A stretch of DNA of 64,000 bases from Chromatiales bacterium. GTDB taxonomy: Bacteria; Pseudomonadota; Gammaproteobacteria; CAMYNG01. The notes under the pieces were generated by a model, which saw nothing but the letters and a program-made list of their open reading frames with translations, did no database searches and was not told the DNA's origin. Each line of letters opens with the position of its first letter. The stretch's first letter is position 1. The translations under genes were made by a program, and so were the position numbers. The stretch covers positions 1,927 to 65,926 of the forward strand of contig JALTLF010000085.1 in assembly GCA_027005735.1 (NCBI GenBank). Reading direction: 5' to 3'. Positions 58,489 to 64,000 of this stretch are shown here, piece after piece.

Positions 58489-59943
58489 ATGCAGCTCCTC
58501 GTCATTCAACGCGTCGTCGGCCGGCTGCTTACGGTCTTCAGCCTTGCCATGGTGCCGCCCATGGTCGTATCGCTGATTTACTCCGATGGCGCGCTGGCAC
58601 CCTTCATCGAGGCCTTTCTCGTCACCGCCATCACCGGGCTGATCCTGTGGTTGCCGGTCCGTAGCCACCGGCGGGAGATGCGCCTGCGCGACGGCTTCGT
58701 CATCGTCGTGCTGTTCTGGACGGTACTGGGGAGCTTCGGCGCACTGCCCTTCCTGCTCGCCGATTCCCATTCGCTGGGTTTCTTCGATGCACTCTTCGAG
58801 TCCATCTCGGGGCTGACCACCACCGGCGCCACGGTCATCGAGGGCATTGACAGGTTACCTCCTTCCATCCAGTTCTATCGCCAGCAGCTGCAGTGGATGG
58901 GCGGCATGGGTATCATCGTGCTGGCAGTGGCCATCATGCCCATGCTGGGCATCGGCGGCATGCAGCTATACCGCGCCGAGACGCCGGGACCCATCAAGGA
59001 CAGCAAGCTCACGCCGCGCATCACCGAGTCGGCCAAGGCCCTGTGGTACATCTACCTGGCGCTGACGGTGGCCTGCATGCTGGCCTACTGGGCCGCCGGC
59101 ATGGATCTCTTCGATGCCATCGCGCACAGCTTTTCCACCGTCGCCATCGGCGGCTTTTCCACCCACGACGAGAGCATGGGCTATTTCTTCGGGAAACCCA
59201 TGGTTGAAGTGGTGGCCATCATCTTCATGCTCCTCTCCGGCGTCAACTTCGCCCTGCACTTCGTCGCCTGGCGTTCGCGCTCCATCGCGGGCTACCTGCA
59301 GGATCCCGAGTTCCGCGCCTATGTCTTCATCCTGCTGCTGGTGACCGTCCTCACCACCAGCTACCTGGCACTGACGCACAGTTTCCCCCATGTCGGCCAC
59401 GCGGTGTTGCACGGCGTGTTCCAGGCGGTTTCCATCGGCACCACCACCGGCTTTACCACCCAGGACTATTCCCTGTGGCCGGGTTTTCTGCCGGTGCTGC
59501 TGCTGTTTACCAGTTTCATTGGTGGCTGTGCCGGCTCCACCGGCGGTGGCATGAAGGTCATCCGCTTCCTGCTGCTCCTCAAGCAGGGGCTGCGCGAAGT
59601 CATGCGCGTGATCCATCCCAATGCGGTGATCCCCATCAAGATCGGACGCAAGCCGGTCTCCAACAAGGTAGTGGATGCGGTATGGGGCTTCTTTGCCGCC
59701 TACGTTGGCCTGTTCATTTTTTTCATGCTTCTGCTCATGGCCGATGGCCTCGACCAGGTGACCGCCTTTTCGGCCGTGGCCGCCTCCATCAACAATCTTG
59801 GCCCGGGCCTGGGCGAGGTCTCCACCAGCTACGCGAGCATCAGCGACTTTTCCAAGGCGGTTCTCGCGCTGGCCATGCTCATGGGCCGCCTGGAGATCTT
59901 CACCCTGCTGGTGTTGCTCACGCCGGCCTTCTGGCGCAAGTAG
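58489..59943 (+). CDS. trkH: Trk potassium uptake protein TrkH (copy 1)
   Basis: 484-aa polytopic TrkH/TrkG family. Confidence 0.9.
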   Translation: MQLLVIQRVVGRLLTVFSLAMVPPMVVSLIYSDGALAPFIEAFLVTAITGLILWLPVRSHRREMRLRDGFVIVVLFWTVLGSFGALPFLLADSHSLGFFDALFESISGLTTTGATVIEGIDRLPPSIQFYRQQLQWMGGMGIIVLAVAIMPMLGIGGMQLYRAETPGPIKDSKLTPRITESAKALWYIYLALTVACMLAYWAAGMDLFDAIAHSFSTVAIGGFSTHDESMGYFFGKPMVEVVAIIFMLLSGVNFALHFVAWRSRSIAGYLQDPEFRAYVFILLLVTVLTTSYLALTHSFPHVGHAVLHGVFQAVSIGTTTGFTTQDYSLWPGFLPVLLLFTSFIGGCAGSTGGGMKVIRFLLLLKQGLREVMRVIHPNAVIPIKIGRKPVSNKVVDAVWGFFAAYVGLFIFFMLLLMADGLDQVTAFSAVAASINNLGPGLGEVSTSYASISDFSKAVLALAMLMGRLEIFTLLVLLTPAFWRK

Positions 59944-59948
59944 ATGCC

Positions 59949-61397
59949 ATGGAACGCCTGCGCTTCGTGCAGAAACTGCTGGGCCTGTTTCTGGCGCTCT
60001 ACAGCCTGACCCTGCTGCCACCGCTGTTGATTTCCCTTTTCTACCGTGACCACGAGGCCACCCCCTTTCTGCTCAGCATCGGCGTGACGGTGCTTCTCGG
60101 GCTCGCCCTGTGGTGGCCGGCGCGTCAGGTCAGGCGCGAGCTCAAGACGCGCGATGGCTTCATCGTCGTGGGCCTGTTCTGGATCGGCCTTGGCATGCTG
60201 AGCTCGCTGCCGTTTCACTTCGGCGCCCACATGGACTTTACCAACTCGGTTTTCGAGGCCGTCTCCGCCTTCACCACCACGGGGGCGACGGTGCTCACGG
60301 GCCTCGACGACATGCCGCCCTCGCTGCTGTTCTACCGCCAGCAGTTGCAGTGGCTCGGCGGCATGGGCGTCATCGTGCTGACCGTCGCCATCCTGCCCAT
60401 GCTGGGCGTGGGCGGCATGCAGCTCTACAAGGCCGAGACCCCCGGCCCCTTCAAGGACGAAAAGATCCTGCCGCGCATCGGCCACGCGGCACGCTCCTTC
60501 TGGCTGATCTACTGCGGCCTCACCGCCGCCTGCGCGCTGGCCTACTGGGTGGCCGGCATGGGGCTGTTCGACGCCGTCGCCCACAGCCTCTCCACCGTCT
60601 CCACCGGGGGGTTCTCCACCCATGACGCCAGCCTCGCCTGGTTCCACAGCCCTGCCATCGAGGCCGTGGCCATCGTCTTCATGCTGCTCGGCGGCATCAA
60701 CTTCAGCATTCATTTCCTCGCCCTCACCCAGCGCCGGCCGGATGCCTACCTGGGCGACGTGGAGGTACGCACCTACCTGTTGTACATCCTGCTGGCCACA
60801 CTGATCATCGCCGCGGAACTCTATCGCACCCATTACCACGACGACGTGGGCTCGGCCCTGCGCTACAGCCTGTTCCAGACCGCCTCGGTGGTCACCAGCA
60901 CCGGCTTCGTCACCGAGGACTTCTCCCTGTGGCCGGACTTCGTACCCGTATTGCTGTTCCTCCTCGGCTTCGTCGGCGGCTGCGCCGGCTCCACCGCCGG
61001 GGGCATGAAGGTGATCCGCTTTATTCTCATGTTCAAGCAGGGGCCGCGCATGGTGCTGCGCCTCGTGCACCCCAGGCTGGTGCGCCCCACCAAGCTGGGC
61101 AGGCGTGTGGTGCCCGAGCGCGTCATCGATGCGGTGTGGGGCTATTTCGCGCTTTATCTCGCGACTTTCGTGGTCATCATGCTGGCGCTCATGGCCACGG
61201 GCCTGGACCAGGTGACGGCCTTTTCCGCCGTCGCCACCAGCATGAACAACCTCGGCCCCGGTCTCGGCAAGGTAGCATCCAATTTCCAGGGGATCAGTGA
61301 CGCCGCCAAGTGGCTGCTGGCGCTGGCCATGCTTATGGGCCGCCTGGAGATCTTTACCCTGCTGGTCCTGCTCACCCCGGCCTTCTGGCGCAAGTGA
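59949..61397 (+). CDS. Trk potassium uptake protein TrkH/TrkG paralog (copy 2)
   Basis: 482 aa, ~55-60% identical to copy 1 with an identical C-terminal block [18 protein letters not shown]. Starts 6 nt after the copy 1 stop. Confidence 0.9.
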   Translation: MERLRFVQKLLGLFLALYSLTLLPPLLISLFYRDHEATPFLLSIGVTVLLGLALWWPARQVRRELKTRDGFIVVGLFWIGLGMLSSLPFHFGAHMDFTNSVFEAVSAFTTTGATVLTGLDDMPPSLLFYRQQLQWLGGMGVIVLTVAILPMLGVGGMQLYKAETPGPFKDEKILPRIGHAARSFWLIYCGLTAACALAYWVAGMGLFDAVAHSLSTVSTGGFSTHDASLAWFHSPAIEAVAIVFMLLGGINFSIHFLALTQRRPDAYLGDVEVRTYLLYILLATLIIAAELYRTHYHDDVGSALRYSLFQTASVVTSTGFVTEDFSLWPDFVPVLLFLLGFVGGCAGSTAGGMKVIRFILMFKQGPRMVLRLVHPRLVRPTKLGRRVVPERVIDAVWGYFALYLATFVVIMLALMATGLDQVTAFSAVATSMNNLGPGLGKVASNFQGISDAAKWLLALAMLMGRLEIFTLLVLLTPAFWRK

Positions 61398-61399
61398 AC

Positions 61400-61987
61400 A
61401 TGAACGACAATCCCGACCGGCTACGCTGGGACGCACGCTACCGGGATGCCGCGGGTCCCGGCAACGCCTGCCGCGTATTGCGCGAAAACCTTCACCTCCT
61501 GCCGGCGCGGGGCCGGGCACTGGATCTCGCCTGCGGCACCGGCGGCAACGCCCTGCTGCTCGCCGAGCGCGGCCTCGACACCGAGGCCTGGGACATCTCA
61601 CCGGTGGGACTCGCCGTGCTGCAACGCACCGCGGCGGCACGCAGCCTCGCCATCACCACGCGGGAAGTGGATCTGGCCCACGCGACCCTGCCGCGAGCCG
61701 CCTTCGACCTCATCGTCGTCAGCCGTTTTCTCGAACGCGCCCTGTGCCCGGCCATCGCCGACGCCCTGCGCCCCGGCGGGCTGCTGTTCTACCAGACCTT
61801 CACCCGGGAACGCGTCGGCGAGGGCGGGCCGAAGAACCCCGAATGGCGGCTGGCGCGGGGCGAGCTGCTGCGCCTGTTCGCCGATCTCGAGCCCGTGGTC
61901 TACCGCGAGGAAGGCCTGCTCGGCGATACCTCGCAGGGCTTTCGAGACGAAGCCATGCTGGTGGCGCGGCGCCTTGCCCCGGCGTGA
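61400..61987 (+). CDS. Class I SAM-dependent methyltransferase (TehB-like)
   Basis: Motif I ALDLACGTGGNALLLAE. Start 3 nt after the trkH copy 2 stop. Confidence 0.65.
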   Translation: MNDNPDRLRWDARYRDAAGPGNACRVLRENLHLLPARGRALDLACGTGGNALLLAERGLDTEAWDISPVGLAVLQRTAAARSLAITTREVDLAHATLPRAAFDLIVVSRFLERALCPAIADALRPGGLLFYQTFTRERVGEGGPKNPEWRLARGELLRLFADLEPVVYREEGLLGDTSQGFRDEAMLVARRLAPA

Positions 61988-62109
61988 AAGCGCCTACGGT
62001 CCGTAAGGGTAAGGAACACGCCGTTGAACCGGGGACTCAAGGTTCTCCCTCTCATGTCGATAAACCCGTAAGCCCCCTGCATTCTGTACCATCGATTTAG
62101 AGGTTGGCG

Positions 62110-63588
62110 ATGAAGATCCAAGTCCGTGTTCTGGTCCTTTTTGCCCTGTTGGCGGGCGGCATGGCCCTTTCCGCTGATTTTCTTGGCACCTTGATGGGTA
62201 TTGGCGAACCCCTGCGCGCCCTGCTGACGGCGCTTCTCACTGCCACATTGACCGCCGGTTTTGGCAGCATGCTGATTCGCTGGTGCTTCCGGCCCCTGCA
62301 CAGGCTTGCCAACGACAGCGGGCAGGCGGATCCCGACGATCCGCTCCTGCAACCCGTCGCCGAACACCTCCACGAGGCCCGACAGCAACTCCAGGATCTG
62401 CTAAAGCGAGTCAGTGCCATTTCAAGTGAATTGTCGATGACAAGCTCGCAGATCTTCGCCAGCATGGAACAGGCCGAGCGCAGCATCGATCAGCAACGGG
62501 CGGAGACCGAGCAAGTCGCCACGGCCATGAACCAAATGACTGCTACGGTAGAGGAGGTGGCGCGCAATACCGCCGAGGCCTCGGACGCCGCGGGCGCTGC
62601 CCTCGACGCGAGTAACCAGGGATTGTCCATCGCACGTACCGCGCGTAGCGATATCGAAGTACTGGTGGAGAACGTGGACAATGCCTCGCGTGTCATCAGC
62701 AAACTGGAAGAGGAGAGCAGCAATATCGGTGTCGTTCTGGATGTTATAAAGGGTATCGCCGAACAAACCAACCTTCTGGCCCTCAATGCGGCCATCGAAG
62801 CCGCCCGCGCAGGGGAACAGGGCCGCGGCTTCGCCGTGGTCGCAGACGAAGTACGCACGCTCGCCTCGCGTACCCAGGAATCGACTCGGGAGATCGAGGA
62901 GATGATCAGTCGCCTGCAGGAAGGCGTGCGTGACTCCGTCGCAGTCATGGAAGTGGCCGTGGAAAAAGGACAGGGCGGATCCGAACAGGTTGGCCGCACC
63001 CTCGCGGCTCTGGATACTATACTCAACGCCGTCAATACCATGTCAGAGATGAACGCCCACATCGCCAGCGCCACCGAGGAGCAGAGCCAGGTCGCCAACG
63101 AGATCAACCGCAACATTGTCAACATCAACCAGCAGGGCGTTACCACCGCCGAAGACGCCGCAGCGGCCCGGCAGGCGTGCGAACAGCTTGCGGGATTCTC
63201 TACCCGGCTTCAGGAATTGACCTCGACATCCGGCTCTCTCGATCTTTCCGCTGCACGCGCTGCGCACCTGAACTGGAAGACTCGCCTGCGCAGTTTTCTC
63301 GATGGAAAAGAATCACTGACGATGGACGAGGCCGTGTCACATCGTCACTGCAAGTTTGGAAAATGGTATTACAGTGAAGGTCTGGCGCTATACGGCCACC
63401 TTCCTGCTCTCCAGGCCGTTGAAAAACCCCACGAGCAACTTCATAAGCTCGTGCGGACGATCATCGAGCACAAGGAGCGTGGGGATCTACAGCAGGCGGA
63501 GGAGGCCTACCAGGATCTGGCCCGTGTCTCGGAAACCATTGTCCAGTTTCTGAATGAAACGGAACAACAAGCGTCGGGGCAAGTGTAG
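62110..63588 (+). CDS. Methyl-accepting chemotaxis protein with a C-terminal CZB (chemoreceptor zinc-binding) domain; no periplasmic sensor
   Basis: Two-TM hairpin, MCP signalling domain ([27 protein letters not shown]), C-terminal CZB motif [13 protein letters not shown] ~57%, and the gene sits directly upstream of repeat copy B. Confidence 0.8.
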   Translation: MKIQVRVLVLFALLAGGMALSADFLGTLMGIGEPLRALLTALLTATLTAGFGSMLIRWCFRPLHRLANDSGQADPDDPLLQPVAEHLHEARQQLQDLLKRVSAISSELSMTSSQIFASMEQAERSIDQQRAETEQVATAMNQMTATVEEVARNTAEASDAAGAALDASNQGLSIARTARSDIEVLVENVDNASRVISKLEEESSNIGVVLDVIKGIAEQTNLLALNAAIEAARAGEQGRGFAVVADEVRTLASRTQESTREIEEMISRLQEGVRDSVAVMEVAVEKGQGGSEQVGRTLAALDTILNAVNTMSEMNAHIASATEEQSQVANEINRNIVNINQQGVTTAEDAAAARQACEQLAGFSTRLQELTSTSGSLDLSAARAAHLNWKTRLRSFLDGKESLTMDEAVSHRHCKFGKWYYSEGLALYGHLPALQAVEKPHEQLHKLVRTIIEHKERGDLQQAEEAYQDLARVSETIVQFLNETEQQASGQV

Positions 63589-63681
63589 CCCGCTATCGCC
63601 CACTTTCTTGCACCATCTACCCATATGAATGCGCGCCGCACGCAGGTGGATGACGCCTCCTCTTATGATGCGTTTGAAGTT

Positions 63682-63888
63682 CTAAATACGTGTTCCGAAT
63701 TCCACTACAATTTACACACGTCGAACTCTCTGGGACGACGTTTACGCACCGTCAGCTGCACGGATGGGGCTGTCGAGCGTACAGGGACGTATGTACCGCG
63801 TGTTAGTAAACGTCGTCCCGGAGAGAGACAGGCAGATTAGGCAATCCGCTCATTCTCAGGTGATCGGGTATTTGGGACACGTATCTAG
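63682..63888. repeat. ~208-bp structured repeat (MITE-like), copy B
   Basis: Terminal inverted repeats CTAAATACGTGTTCCGAA / TTGGGACACGTATCTAG, an internal 19-bp perfect inverted repeat TCTCTGGGACGACGTTTAC / GTAAACGTCGTCCCGGAGAGA, and a core shared with copy A. Confidence 0.75.
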
Positions 63889-64000
63889 ATCGTAATTGGA
63901 ATGTTTTGCTCGAAACTTTTCATGGCAATCATTCCGTGTCGTCGATCGCTTATTTCTGAAAAAGCAGGTCCACCCGAAAATACCTGGCGCATACAGTAGT

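Overview
This is a high-GC (~65-68%) gammaproteobacterial chromosomal segment. It is densely packed with housekeeping genes in a conserved order. In order: a partial LarA-family gene, an ATP-grasp ligase and the lactate-racemase cofactor genes larC-larE-larB. Then a methyltransferase, a coiled-coil GGDEF cyclase, an EEP hydrolase and alsS. Then dsbA, a complete ccmABCDEFGHI operon, engB, cytochromes c5 and c4, polA, a LOG-family gene, a DUF2782 gene and thrB. Next come the TRAP permease genes dctQM, followed by a ~5 kb accessory block (msrB, DUF2846 lipoprotein, an alpha/beta hydrolase, an acidic lipoprotein, two tandem 199-aa beta-barrel paralogs, a hypothetical protein) and only then the TRAP binding protein dctP. 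The remainder holds a PAS-GGDEF-EAL protein, uvrD, an Hpt-REC-REC-GGDEF regulator, hemF, tsaC, topA, smg, dprA, a LysM lipoprotein, def, fmt, rsmB, a DUF4390 gene, an NtrY/NtrX-like two-component pair, trkA with two tandem trkH genes, a TehB-like methyltransferase, and an MCP with a C-terminal CZB domain. I found no CRISPR arrays, rRNA genes, tRNA genes, or any intact transposase or phage gene. Features the gene calls do not explain: (i) a ~208-bp structured repeat family with terminal inverted repeats, two full copies plus two end fragments; (ii) a separate AT-rich ~208-bp segment bounded by a 22-bp near-perfect inverted repeat; (iii) a nested-hairpin intergenic region between cytochrome c4 and polA. 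The best candidates for undescribed biology are the LarA-homolog/ATP-grasp/larCEB cluster and the accessory block splitting the TRAP locus. All calls rest on ORF translations and motif recognition, with no database searches. Many long antisense ORFs in the six-frame track are high-GC artefacts.
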